NCBI RefSeq assembly: GCF_024223415.1
Contig: NZ_CP100500.1
DNA from: Escherichia coli
GTDB taxonomy: Bacteria; Pseudomonadota; Gammaproteobacteria; Enterobacterales; Enterobacteriaceae
Strand: one strand, 5' to 3'
DNA length: 64,000 nt
In this document: piece by piece, positions 53,247 to 64,000 of the stretch
Layout: each line of letters opens with the position of its first letter
How positions within the stretch are numbered: the stretch's first letter is position 1
Translations under genes and position numbers: made by a program
Notes under the pieces: generated by a model
Told to the model about the DNA's origin: nothing
Seen by the model: the letters and a program-made list of their open reading frames with translations, nothing else
Database searches by the model: none

Positions 53247-55471
53247 TATCGTTCTGCCGTGAAAAGTGTTTGAATATCATCGCGTAACAGCTGGGCGTCG
53301 GTGTAAATCCAGCCGTGAGTCATCACAGTCTGCTGCAATTGCTGCTGCATCAGCCTGACCACCGATTCATTTTGTTGACGCAGAGCCAGACTTTCGCGTA
53401 AACGCGTCTGTAATTCCGTCAAACATGAAGCGAACTCAGCGAAAAAAGTATTCATGCCTGCCGTAACAGATTCATCGACCTGCTCTGCCAGAACTTTAGC
53501 CATTTGTTGGCAATAGAGATCGACTTCTGCGCTTAATGCTCGTTGCAACACACTGTAATCAACCGTTTCTGTCGGGGATTTCTCATTCCCCCGTCCCCAG
53601 TCGGGCTGATTCAACCAGCGCGAAAAAGTCTCACGCACAACGCCTAAACGCGTGCTCTGCTCGTCCGTTGCTTCCTGGCGCGAAATGACTTCACTGAACA
53701 GCTGGCGAGTGTTGAAGTGGGGAACTACGCCGTGAAAAACAGGAAAATGAAACCCAAGACGAAACCCTGACTCGCTCAATTCCATTTTGACTTGTTGCTC
53801 AATGGGGCGAATAACATCGGTTAACACCCGGCAAAGGGTGGATTCAAGCTCGGCAAAACGCAGCGTAAAGTCGCGACTGATGGTGTTCTGCGCCGTCTGT
53901 AACAGTGTCTCACAGCGGGTACGAATCTCGCTTAATGACCCCGAATCATCCTGAAACAACGCGGCTAACTGCGCATTCAGCGCATCTTGCTGTTGACGCA
54001 GAAAGTGGTTGGCGGAGGTCAGGGCCAGCTCGATTTCATGTTTAATCTCGCCGCTCACCTGCGCCTGATTGAGTTGCAATAGCTGCAAACTTTCTTCGAC
54101 CTGATGGATATTTTGCCGCAATTGTTCACAAGCGACGTTTAACCCGTGCGCACGAAAATCCAGGTATTCCCGCGCCTGCTGCGCGTAATTCAACAGTTTA
54201 TGCGCGGCAGATCGCAGAGCATACAACGAGGCGTTAGCGTAAGCGGCATGAAGCAACGCCTGAATTGGCTGGGCGAACAGCGAATCTTCCCACAACTGAT
54301 CGGCAGCATGACGAATATGTTCGAGGTCCGCCAGATCGGCATGACGCCAGCGCCTGCCGAGCGCGGCATGGGCAAAATCTTCCACCCAGCGTTGTTGCTC
54401 TGGCGGTGGTAACTTACCGTTGTTGGCTAACTCATGGCGCGCCCGATTCGCCAGGTAGCCCCACATCGACGACACCGGAAATATCTGCTGTGGCGTAATA
54501 CAGCCTTTCATCAGCGTCCCGGAAATCAGTGCCCGCACCTGGTCGGCGTCGTCACTGTTACGATCCTGTTGATCGAACTTATTGACCAGCACATACAGCG
54601 GCACCGATTGCCCCACCGCCAAAATCGCCTCACGGACCTCTTCATCGGAGATCGATTTCAGTTGCGTATAATCCAGCACCGCCAGTACCGCCGAGGCGCG
54701 TGCCAGCTGCTGGTTAAGCATTTTTTGCAGATGCGGTTGCCCGGCTTCATTTGGCCCGGGGGTATCCAGTAACGTCAACTGACCGGGATAACTCTCCAGC
54801 CCCGCCAGATGGACAAACTCCACTTCAATCACGGGAATATGCTCAATGGCGGCGTAAGCAGAAAAAGGAAAATCGACGTCCAGCGCCTTCGCCAGTCGCA
54901 CCAAATCATTCAAACTTTTCAGACAATGAAAAATAGGCTGGGCACCCAGATAATATTTTTCGAAAGCGACGCCATTTTCGATCCGCTGCATAAGCGCACG
55001 CATATCTTTATCTATTTCCAGCACATCGGTCAGATGCTTAATATCGCAATCACGCAGGCGCTGTTGTAATTTTTGAATTAAACAATCGATTGGCGCGACA
55101 TGTGAAAAATGCAGTACCGGTTCTTTTTGCCCGGGTGTATGGCGAATAAGCGTCGGCAGCGCAGTCATTGGGCGATTGCGATTAGGCAGTACCTCCGTAC
55201 CAACAATGGCATTAATGGTGGTTGATTTCCCTGCTTTCATGGTACCGACAATCGCCAGCACCATTTCCAGTCGGGAAATTTTACGCAACTCATTATTCAG
55301 CATCGCGTGACGTTCGGCGATATTAGGCTGACTCCAGGGTAAAGCCCGTTGTGGCGCATCGTCTCCGGGTACAGAGAGAGGCATTTTTTCCAGTAACTGC
55401 AACTGTTGGCGAGAAAGCTGTAACAGGCGTTCAGCCTCCTGACTTAACTCATACAGGGTCTGTGTGTACAT
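53243..55471 (-). CDS. crfC: dynamin-like GTPase CrfC (YjdA)
   Basis: 742-aa ORF matching CrfC/YjdA, with dynamin-type GTPase N-terminal region. Confidence 0.9.
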   Translation of the reverse strand: MYTQTLYELSQEAERLLQLSRQQLQLLEKMPLSVPGDDAPQRALPWSQPNIAERHAMLNNELRKISRLEMVLAIVGTMKAGKSTTINAIVGTEVLPNRNRPMTALPTLIRHTPGQKEPVLHFSHVAPIDCLIQKLQQRLRDCDIKHLTDVLEIDKDMRALMQRIENGVAFEKYYLGAQPIFHCLKSLNDLVRLAKALDVDFPFSAYAAIEHIPVIEVEFVHLAGLESYPGQLTLLDTPGPNEAGQPHLQKMLNQQLARASAVLAVLDYTQLKSISDEEVREAILAVGQSVPLYVLVNKFDQQDRNSDDADQVRALISGTLMKGCITPQQIFPVSSMWGYLANRARHELANNGKLPPPEQQRWVEDFAHAALGRRWRHADLADLEHIRHAADQLWEDSLFAQPIQALLHAAYANASLYALRSAAHKLLNYAQQAREYLDFRAHGLNVACEQLRQNIHQVEESLQLLQLNQAQVSGEIKHEIELALTSANHFLRQQQDALNAQLAALFQDDSGSLSEIRTRCETLLQTAQNTISRDFTLRFAELESTLCRVLTDVIRPIEQQVKMELSESGFRLGFHFPVFHGVVPHFNTRQLFSEVISRQEATDEQSTRLGVVRETFSRWLNQPDWGRGNEKSPTETVDYSVLQRALSAEVDLYCQQMAKVLAEQVDESVTAGMNTFFAEFASCLTELQTRLRESLALRQQNESVVRLMQQQLQQTVMTHGWIYTDAQLLRDDIQTLFTAERY

Positions 55472-55872
55472 AGAAAATTCTTCCTTAAAGCAAATTTTAT
55501 TACTTTTATTTAGCCAGATTGTTTTTGAGTTCTGTTTTCGGCTTTTATAATTACTGCAAGAAATAATTTTATATTTAGAGTGTTGTTTTTTATTAGAATA
55601 AATAACATCTTCCGATACGTTTAAAACGTCAGAAAGATAAAAATATCATGTGAATAAAAAAAAGAACAAGTAGAGCATTAACCTTATCTTAAATAATAAA
55701 TGGAGGCAAAAAGATTATTTTCTTTTTGCGTTTCCTTTCAAATGAAAACGATCGTCGTCTAAAATCAGCAGTACCCCCGACAAACTCAGGGATTTTGTGT
55801 ATAATTGCGGCCTTTTTCGGCAATCTGCCGTTTTTTGGCGCTTTTGCCCTGCTGACTTTTGAGGAAATCCAC

Positions 55873-56208
55873 ATGTCATTACCACACTGCCCAAAATGCA
55901 ACTCCGAATACACCTACGAAGATAACGGCATGTACATCTGCCCGGAATGTGCCTACGAATGGAACGACGCAGAACCTGCACAGGAAAGCGACGAGCTGAT
56001 CGTTAAAGATGCTAACGGCAATCTGCTGGCTGACGGCGACAGCGTTACCATCATTAAAGATCTGAAGGTGAAAGGTAGCTCTTCGATGCTGAAAATTGGC
56101 ACCAAAGTGAAAAACATCCGCCTGGTTGAAGGCGACCATAACATCGATTGCAAAATCGACGGTTTTGGTCCGATGAAACTGAAATCTGAGTTTGTGAAAA
56201 AGAACTGA
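55873..56208 (+). CDS. phnA: PhnA (YjdM), zinc-ribbon protein
   Basis: Start at [13 protein letters not shown] (111 aa); two CxxC motifs. Confidence 0.9.
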
Positions 56209-56221
56209 TTGTATTGTGATC

Positions 56222-56287
56222 GGTAAGCCGGATAAGGCGCTCGCGCCGCATCCGGCAACGGTGCCAGATGCCTGATGCGACGCTTGC
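56222..56287. repeat. REP palindromic unit abutting the IS left end
   Basis: gccggataaggcgctcgcgccgcatccggc and gcctgatgcgacgc, typical REP sequences. Confidence 0.65.
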
Positions 56288-57146
<859 letters not shown>

Positions 57147-57150
<4 letters not shown>

Positions 57151-57677
57151 GCTCTGGATGACTTTCGTTTTTTCTCCAGCTCCTGGCGCTTTTTTTCCAG
57201 GAGATGCTCCTGCATGGCTTTCAGATATGCATTTTCTGCGCGAAGATAACGCAGCTCATTCTTCATCTCTTCCGGCGTCATGTTTGCCTCGTTTTCATGG
57301 GTATCATCAGAACGGGTCATGCTTTTCTCCTTCCTGCGCCTGATAAAGGCCTCATTACCAGATTTGCGGTAGCCTTTTATCCAGTTTTTAACCATGTTGT
57401 GGCTGGGAATGTTAAACCGGGCAGCTACCCGGGGTAGAGACTCAGAATGCCCGAGAGCATAAAGAACCACGCAAAGTTTATCTTCAGGAGAATAGCTACG
57501 CTTGTGTCTGCAATCCAGTGCCTGAGGACCGTGAAGAAGAAAAAGATTAATCCAGTGTGAGAGGCTGGTGTGAGAAAGTTGAAAGAGTTTTGCCGTAGAA
57601 ATGATGCCTGCATGACCGGCCAGGTAATGATTTACAGCGGCAAGTTTTACTTCAAATGAATGTTTCATAAACTGCAC
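57147..57677 (-). CDS. IS3-family transposase OrfA (HTH, leucine-zipper-like C-terminus)
   Basis: 176-aa ORF with HTH and a K/E/L-rich C-terminal region; A-rich slippery stretches near the 3' end. Confidence 0.8.
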
Positions 57678-57719
57678 CTTCAGATGTCAGATTATGTCCA
57701 ACATTTGGGGTGCAGTTCA

Positions 57720-57850
57720 TGGTGCGTCTTATCAGGCCTACGTCAGACAGCGCAATAGCCTGATTTAGCGTGATTTTGTAGGTCGGATAAGGCGTTTACG
57801 CCGCATCCGACATCAACGCCTGATGCGACGCTTAACGCGTCTTATCAGGC
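57720..57850. repeat. REP/BIME cluster on the right of the IS, downstream of yjcO
   Basis: Several palindromic units (gcgtcttatcaggcctac; aggtcggataaggcgtttacgccgcatccgaca; gcctgatgcgacgcttaacgcgtcttatcaggcctac). Confidence 0.65.
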
Positions 57851-57855
57851 CTACC

Positions 57856-58545
57856 TTAACCGTTAGTTAATTTTTCAAACTCTTCACACCCGGTATCAAA
57901 CCCTTCCATACAGCTCAGGTTCAACCAGTGCAGCGCCTTTTGCTTGTTCTTCTCGATAAAACCTTCTTCACCGTTTAAGAACATCATTCCCGCCCAGTAC
58001 TCGGAATAACCGGTTCGGGAAATTGCAGAGCTGCGTTTGAAATACCAGGTTGCCTTGTCATCGTCGGCCTTAATGCCCACGCCGTTGGCGTAAATCAAAC
58101 CAAGCAGCATTTGGGCATCGACGGCAGAGTCGTTCTCCAGATCTTCCGAGGCGTTTTCTAACAGCGAAATCGCCTTTGGATAATCCGGTTTACCCGCTTG
58201 AGTATTTACCAGAATATGCGCCAGCGTTACTTCACCTTCTTTACTGCCCGCTTGCGCCGCTTTCTCTGCAAGAACTTTTGCTTGTGGATAGTCCAGACTG
58301 ACCGGATTGGTGATTTTGATCTACGCCAACAGCGCGCAGGCATCAGCATCACCGCTGTCGGCGGCTTTCTGTGCCCAATATTCGGCTTTGCTCAAATCGC
58401 CGGAGCTAAACCAGCTGTCGGCAAGAAAATATTGTGCGCGTCGGTCCCCGGCCTCTGCTGCCTTTAAATACTGGCTGCCAGGCTCGGAGTCGTTGGCGTG
58501 GGCAAAGAATGTCAAAAACAACATCAATGCGATAATTTTTTTCAT
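57856..58545 (-). pseudogene. yjcO: yjcO (Sel1-repeat protein) with an in-frame amber stop at 58320-58322
   Basis: N-terminal ORF 58321-58545 and C-terminal ORF 57856-58110 are in the same frame; the intervening sequence reads ...ACALLA-TAG-IKITNPVSLDY where remembered YjcO has Gln (ACALLAQIKITNPV). Confidence 0.7.
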
Positions 58546-58638
58546 TTTGATAATACGATTGGGTAGGGAGTAACCAGTATAAAGAGTTCGAATGGATAAA
58601 AAAACAGCCTCCGAAAGGAGGCTGTAGAAAGGACTGTA

Positions 58639-60786
58639 TTACGCCAGTGCCGCTTCGCGCAGGCGAGTTTTCAACTTGTTGTACTCGTCAATCACGTACT
58701 GCTCGGCGGCGCGCTGATCGGCGATCGGCTCGACGCGCACGGCGCAGTATTTGTATTCCGGCGTTTTCGTAATCGGGCTTAAGTTTTCGGTAACCAGCTC
58801 GTTACAGGCACCAATCCACCACTGGTAGGTCATATAAATCGCCCCTTTGTTCGGACGATCGCTGACCTGCGCACGGGTGATAATTTTGCCTTTACGCGAG
58901 TGCACCCAAACCAATGCCTCATCTTCAATACCCAGACGTTTGGCGTCTTCGGTATTGATTTGTGCGTAGCCAGGTTCATCCGCCAGCGCCGCCAGTGCCG
59001 CACAGTTACCGGTCATCGAACGGCAAGAGTAGTGACCAACTTCACGCACCGTTGACAGTACCATCGGGTACTCGTCGGTGAGTTTGTCGATTGGCGCTAC
59101 CCAGTCGCAGGTGAAGAACTGCGCCAGACCGTTCGGGGTATCAAACTTCTCTTTAAACAGATAAGAAGTCCCCTGATCGGCATCTGAAGTATCGCGGCAA
59201 GGCCACTGAATGAAGCCCAGTTCGCCCATTTTCTCGTAAGTCGCACCGTAGAAATCCGGGCACAGATGACGCAACTCATCCCAGATCTCCTGGGTGTTGT
59301 TGTAGTGCATCGGATAACCCATACGGGTGGCGATTTCACTGATGATTTGCCAGTCCGTTTTCAGATCCCATTTCGGTTCAACTGCTTTGAAGAAACGCTG
59401 GAAGCCACGGTCAGCCGCAGTAAACACGCCTTCATGCTCGCCCCACGACGTTGACGGTAAAATAACATCCGCCGCCGACGCGGTTTTGGTCATAAAGATG
59501 TCCTGAACGATAACCAGTTCCAGATCTTCAAAGGCTTTACGTACTGCCGACAGCTCCGCGTCAGTTTGTAGCGGATCTTCGCCCATAATGTACGCGGCAC
59601 GCACTTCGCCATGCGCTGCGCGGTGCGGCAGCTCGCTGATGCGATAACCGGTATGAGCAGGCAGGCTTTCCACGCCCCAGGCTTTGGCGAATTTCTCGCG
59701 GTTAGCCGGATCTTTCACGTACTGGTATCCCGGATACGTATCCGGCAGCGCGCCCATATCGCAGGCACCCTGCACGTTGTTCTGACCACGAACCGGGTTT
59801 ACACCCGCATGCGGCTTACCGAGGTTACCGGTCAGCATCGCGAGGCTGGTCAGAGAACGCACGGTTTCCACGCCCTGGTAGAACTGGGTTACACCCATGC
59901 CCCACAGGATGGCGGCGCTTTTCGCCTGGGCATACATCCGTGCCGCCTGACGAATCTCACTGGCGCTGACGCCGGTGATATCTTCAACCGACTCCGGCGT
60001 GTAGCCTTCAACGATTTTACGATACTCTTCAAAGCCTTCTGTACGTGAAGCGACGAACGCTTTGTCGTACAGATTTTCTTCAATAATGACATGGCCCATC
60101 GCATTCAACAGCGCGATGTTCGAGCCGTTTTTCAGTGCAATGTGCATGTCAGCAATGCGCGCGGTTTCAATTTTGCGCGGATCGCAGACGATAATTTTCG
60201 CCCCGTTACGTTTAGCGTTAATTACGTGATTCGCCACGATTGGGTGGGAATCCGCCGGGTTGTACCCGAAAACGAACACTAAATCGGTATTATCAATTTC
60301 GTTAATAGCATTGCTCATTGCGCCATTACCGACCGATTGGTGCAGACCTGCAACCGATGGGCCGTGTCAGACACGAGCGCAGCAGTCAACGTTATTGGTA
60401 CCAATAACGGCGCGCGCAAATTTTTGCATTACATAGTTGGTTTCGTTACCCGTACCACGCGAGGAGCCGGTCGTCTGGATGGCATCCGGACCGTACTTCT
60501 CTTTGATGGCGCTCAGGCGCTCGGCAACGTAATTCAGTGCCTCATCCCAGGAAACAGGTTCGAGTTTGCCGCCACGCTGGCGACGGATCATGGGGGTTTT
60601 CAGGCGCGGGGTCAGGATCTGGGTATCGTTAATGAAATCCCAGCCATAATAACCCTTCAGACACAGGGTACCCTGGTTGGTTTTCCCCTGCGCTGCCTCC
60701 GCCCGGACGATTTTGCCGTTATCGACGACCAGGTTGATTTTGCAACCTGATGCGCAATAGGGGCAAACCGTGACGACTTTTTTCAT
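58639..60786 (-). CDS. fdhF: formate dehydrogenase H, selenocysteine-containing (UGA-Sec at 60367-60369)
   Basis: ORFs 60367-60786 and 58639-60318 are in the same frame separated only by TGA; the junction reads ...VDCCARV-U-HGPSVAGLHQSVGNG as in FdhF Sec140. Total 715 codons. Confidence 0.9.
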
Positions 60787-60983
60787 CGGTCTCGCTCCAG
60801 TTAATCAAATCACGCATACGCGCTCTCGACTACAGTATGCATCTTTTATGCCACATTTTATTTGGGGTCATTCCCTGATATTACGGGCACTATTTATTCA
60901 AAACTCTGACGAAAAACAGGCTGTCGTCAGTTTTGACGTGACGAAACGAAATACCGCGTGACGGCCATCACGCGGCAGACATT

Positions 60984-62450
60984 TTATTTTTTCTCGACGA
61001 CGGGAGCCGCCTGATACCCGCCGCCCAGCGATTTCATCAACTGAATGCTTTGGATCACCCGGCGGCTGTCCAGCATCAGTAATGACATCTCTTCGGCAAG
61101 CACCGGCAACCGGGCTTCGGTAGCCTGTAAGCGGCTGGTTAAGCCGCGCTGATAGGCGGCCTCGGCAGCGCGCTGGGTGAAGCGCGTTGCTTCCACGCGT
61201 TCAGCCTGCATCTCTCGCTCGTCGTTGAGCGTTTGCAGACGCGTGCCGTTGACGGCAACGTCACGCACCGCGTTCAGTACTGACTGGTTGTAACGTTCAA
61301 TCATCATGTTGCTGGCGGCGCGCGTGCCTTCGAGATTGGCATTCAACCGTCCACCGTCAAACAGCGGCAATTTCAGACCCGGGATAAAGTTGAACTGGCG
61401 ACTGGTTTTTTTGAATAAGGTATCCAGGTGGATGGCATCAAGGCCGAAAAACGCTTTGATATCAAAGCTCGGGTAGAACAGCGCCCGCGCGGAATCCACC
61501 TGATCTAATGACGCCTGAACATACCAGCGCATGGCTTGCAGATCCGGGCGTCTGGCGAGCAACTCATAAGAGAGCGTCGCCGGAATGCCGGTCTGTACTT
61601 GCGGTAATGCCACCGCTTTGATCTCCGGCATATCGCTGGCTCCCGCGCCAATCAATGCACGCAGGGATTCTCGCGTTTCGGTGATTTGCCCTTTAACGGC
61701 AGCAATTTGTTTATCGACCGCCAGAATCTGTGCCCGCGCGCCGTGGAAAGGCACTTGCGCTTCCAGACCGTGCGCCACTTTACTTTGGTGCGCTTTCACC
61801 GCGTAATCAATCACATCGCGAGTTTGTTCTAACAGATCGAGCATCTGATAGCTGGCCTGCATACTGTAATAAAGCTGCGCTACGCCCGTGGTCAGCGATA
61901 GCTCTACTGCTGCGGTTTCTGCCAGCGCGGCATTATGCGCGCCAATGGCGGCGGCAACCGCTGAGCGATGCACACCCCACAAATCAAGATCCAGTCCGGC
62001 AAACAAACCTACTGTGGCTTCCGTATAGTACGGCCCGTCCATACCCAGTGCTGGCGCATCCATCGCATAAGGGCTTAAAAAGCCGTTCGCCGAGACGCGT
62101 TGGCGGTTGAGCATCCCTAACGCTGCGACCTGTAATTGTGAACCGGCATCTAACAAATCGGCCTGGGACTGCGCTTTTTCTTCCCGCAGTTTCGCTTCGG
62201 CGAGGGTGTGTGAACCACTTAGCGTCCGTTGGATCAGCGCATCCAGCTGCGGGTCATTGAGTTGTTTCCACCACTGCGCCTGCGGCCAGCCGGAGCTGGC
62301 AAGATGAATATCATCGGCCAGTTTGATTTGTTCCGGTTTGAGCTGTTGATTAGGCGCAGAATCCTTGCGTACCAGGGCACAGCCGGAAATCAGCGTCGTG
62401 CTGCCGAGAATGCTGCACAACAGCAGACGTGAAAGTTGACGATTGATCAT
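60984..62450 (-). CDS. mdtP: outer-membrane efflux factor MdtP (YjcP)
   Basis: 488-aa OMF-family lipoprotein (lipobox LISGC) matching MdtP; overlaps the mdtO stop by 4 nt. Confidence 0.9.
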   Translation of the reverse strand: MINRQLSRLLLCSILGSTTLISGCALVRKDSAPNQQLKPEQIKLADDIHLASSGWPQAQWWKQLNDPQLDALIQRTLSGSHTLAEAKLREEKAQSQADLLDAGSQLQVAALGMLNRQRVSANGFLSPYAMDAPALGMDGPYYTEATVGLFAGLDLDLWGVHRSAVAAAIGAHNAALAETAAVELSLTTGVAQLYYSMQASYQMLDLLEQTRDVIDYAVKAHQSKVAHGLEAQVPFHGARAQILAVDKQIAAVKGQITETRESLRALIGAGASDMPEIKAVALPQVQTGIPATLSYELLARRPDLQAMRWYVQASLDQVDSARALFYPSFDIKAFFGLDAIHLDTLFKKTSRQFNFIPGLKLPLFDGGRLNANLEGTRAASNMMIERYNQSVLNAVRDVAVNGTRLQTLNDEREMQAERVEATRFTQRAAEAAYQRGLTSRLQATEARLPVLAEEMSLLMLDSRRVIQSIQLMKSLGGGYQAAPVVEKK

Positions 62451-64000
62451 TGCGTGGCTCCTTGTGCCTGTTCCGTGGCGGGCGTTAATGCCGGGGCTGT
62501 CCAGTCTGGCAAGCGGGCGAAAAGCTGGCAGACGTGTTGCTCCTGTTTTAATAAGGTGGGCAGGATGGCCTGCGAGGCGGGTGTCTCTTCAAGCGTTATT
62601 TGAGGAGAACGGCTGAGTGCGGTTGCCAGACCGGCAGCGTATTTTTCCAGAGCGTCGGCAAACTGACCTGCTCTGTCCGGCTGTAGTGCGTTATCCAGCG
62701 CCTGCGCCGAGTTCCAGGTGGCATCCCAGGCGTGAAGAAGATCGCGGCCCTGACGAATAACCGTTTGCGAACGTTCAATCAGTAAGGCGCGTTCTTCGCT
62801 GTCCAGTTGACGCTCCAGCGCCACGCGTTGGCACATCTCTTCACAGGCATTAAACGCCGCATGCAGACCTATACGAATTTGCAGATAAGTGCGCAGAGCC
62901 GTGACTTCCTGCTGGCGTGGGATCCGCATTACTTTACTTAGCATACCCAGCGCACCGGCCAGTTTTTGCGGCAGCGTGCGCGCTTCACTTTCAGGCCAGA
63001 CAAAGGTGTAAATCACCGCAGACACCACGGTACCAATGATGATACCCAGGGCGCGATCGCGAATTTCCACCAGGTCGTACACCGGACCAAAAACGTTTTC
63101 GAGCGTGGCGAGCGCGAAGGTGACCACCATCTGTGTGCCGATATAAGAAGAGCGTTCAGAGCTGGTGGCAATCCATGCGCCCAACAGGAAAATCGGTGCC
63201 AGCACAAACAGCAATTCGACAATATTGTCCAGCCAGGGCATGACCAGTAGCGTGAATAACAGCGCCAGAATCGCGCCGCAAAAGGCCCCGCCAAAACGCA
63301 GCACCATCTTCTGGTACGATGAACCGACATTCGGATTAGCGACGATCACGCAGGTCAGCATACAGGTGTGAATGCCTTCCCAGTCCACGCCGCTGTAGAA
63401 GGTGTAACAGATCAAACAGGCGAGCAGCGTTTTTACCGCGTAGCGCATATAGTCTGGATTGGTAAAAGCATCGGCGGCCATTGATGGCGGTTTGGCTGCG
63501 GGCGTTGGCGGCGTATTCGGGTCCATCTGACCCAGTTGTAACAACGTCTGGCAGATATTCTCCAGGTTACATTCCCGTGCCGCCATCGCTTCACTTTCAC
63601 TGATCCGCCAGTCGCTTTGCCAGCACTGACCTTCGGTAATGGCATGCTGCAGCTTGTTGATTTCTGAAGCTAATTTTTGTCGGAATTCAATAATTGCCTG
63701 AGAATCAGCAAAAGAGGTGGGATCGTAGCGATTCAGTGTCGAGTAAATGTAGGTTACCGTTGCCACGCAGCTTTGCCACCATGCACTCTGGGTTCGCCAG
63801 TTGGCATCGTCCGCGAGGCAAAAGACATTGAGTTTTTGCAGCGCCAGCGCCTCTCTTTCAATCCGCGTTTCGGGTAGCGGTGCGAGGCTGTCCGTCAGGT
63901 GGCTAATGGCATCATCAAGCCGATCATTAAGCACCTGATGCATTTGCGTAATGGCACGACTGGGAAACCACAGTACGCCGATTAACGTCATTAATAACGT
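62447..64000 (-). CDS. mdtO: efflux system membrane protein MdtO (YjcQ), 5' end beyond the window
   Basis: Frame open to the window edge; matches the C-terminal region of MdtO; conserved mdtO-mdtP order. Confidence 0.85.
   Translation of the reverse strand, partial: TLLMTLIGVLWFPSRAITQMHQVLNDRLDDAISHLTDSLAPLPETRIEREALALQKLNVFCLADDANWRTQSAWWQSCVATVTYIYSTLNRYDPTSFADSQAIIEFRQKLASEINKLQHAITEGQCWQSDWRISESEAMAARECNLENICQTLLQLGQMDPNTPPTPAAKPPSMAADAFTNPDYMRYAVKTLLACLICYTFYSGVDWEGIHTCMLTCVIVANPNVGSSYQKMVLRFGGAFCGAILALLFTLLVMPWLDNIVELLFVLAPIFLLGAWIATSSERSSYIGTQMVVTFALATLENVFGPVYDLVEIRDRALGIIIGTVVSAVIYTFVWPESEARTLPQKLAGALGMLSKVMRIPRQQEVTALRTYLQIRIGLHAAFNACEEMCQRVALERQLDSEERALLIERSQTVIRQGRDLLHAWDATWNSAQALDNALQPDRAGQFADALEKYAAGLATALSRSPQITLEETPASQAILPTLLKQEQHVCQLFARLPDWTAPALTPATEQAQGATQ

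Overview
This window reads as an Escherichia coli chromosomal segment from the pheU-cadCBA region (identifications are from translated ORFs and remembered K-12 gene order; no database search was possible). Positions 1 to about 20050 are the right-hand ~20 kb of a genomic island integrated at tRNA-Phe (pheU): a 22-bp copy of the tRNA 3' end sits at 20029-20050, followed by a terminator hairpin and then cadC. The island carries decayed IS elements (ISL3-, IS481-, IS256-, IS3- and IS1-family), a YadA-like trimeric autotransporter adhesin with a small HTH protein, a frameshifted FinO/ProQ-domain gene, three Gp2-family paralogs with AlpA, and a CP4-type module (YeeP-like GTPase, DUF932, KlcA-like antirestriction, RadC-like, YeeT, CbeA/CbtA toxin-antitoxin, YeeW-like). 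The best candidate for something undescribed is an orphan, strongly AT-rich 382-aa ORF (12756-13904) that I could not assign to any family, flanked by a ~1.3-1.6 kb ORF-poor, strand-skewed tract (11100-12750); this is a candidate, not a demonstrated system. From 20667 onward the window is conserved core genome: cadCBA, dtpC, lysU, ghoTS, yjdJ, yjdI, dcuSR, dcuB, fumB, yjdF, melBAR, adiA-adiY-adiC, eptA-basRS, pmrR, proP, crfC-yjcZ, phnA, then an IS3-family element inserted in a REP unit, yjcO with an in-frame amber stop, fdhF with its selenocysteine UGA, mdtP and partial mdtO. The phnA/yjcO junction implies an inversion relative to K-12 order. Several frameshifts fall in homopolymer runs and may be assembly artefacts.
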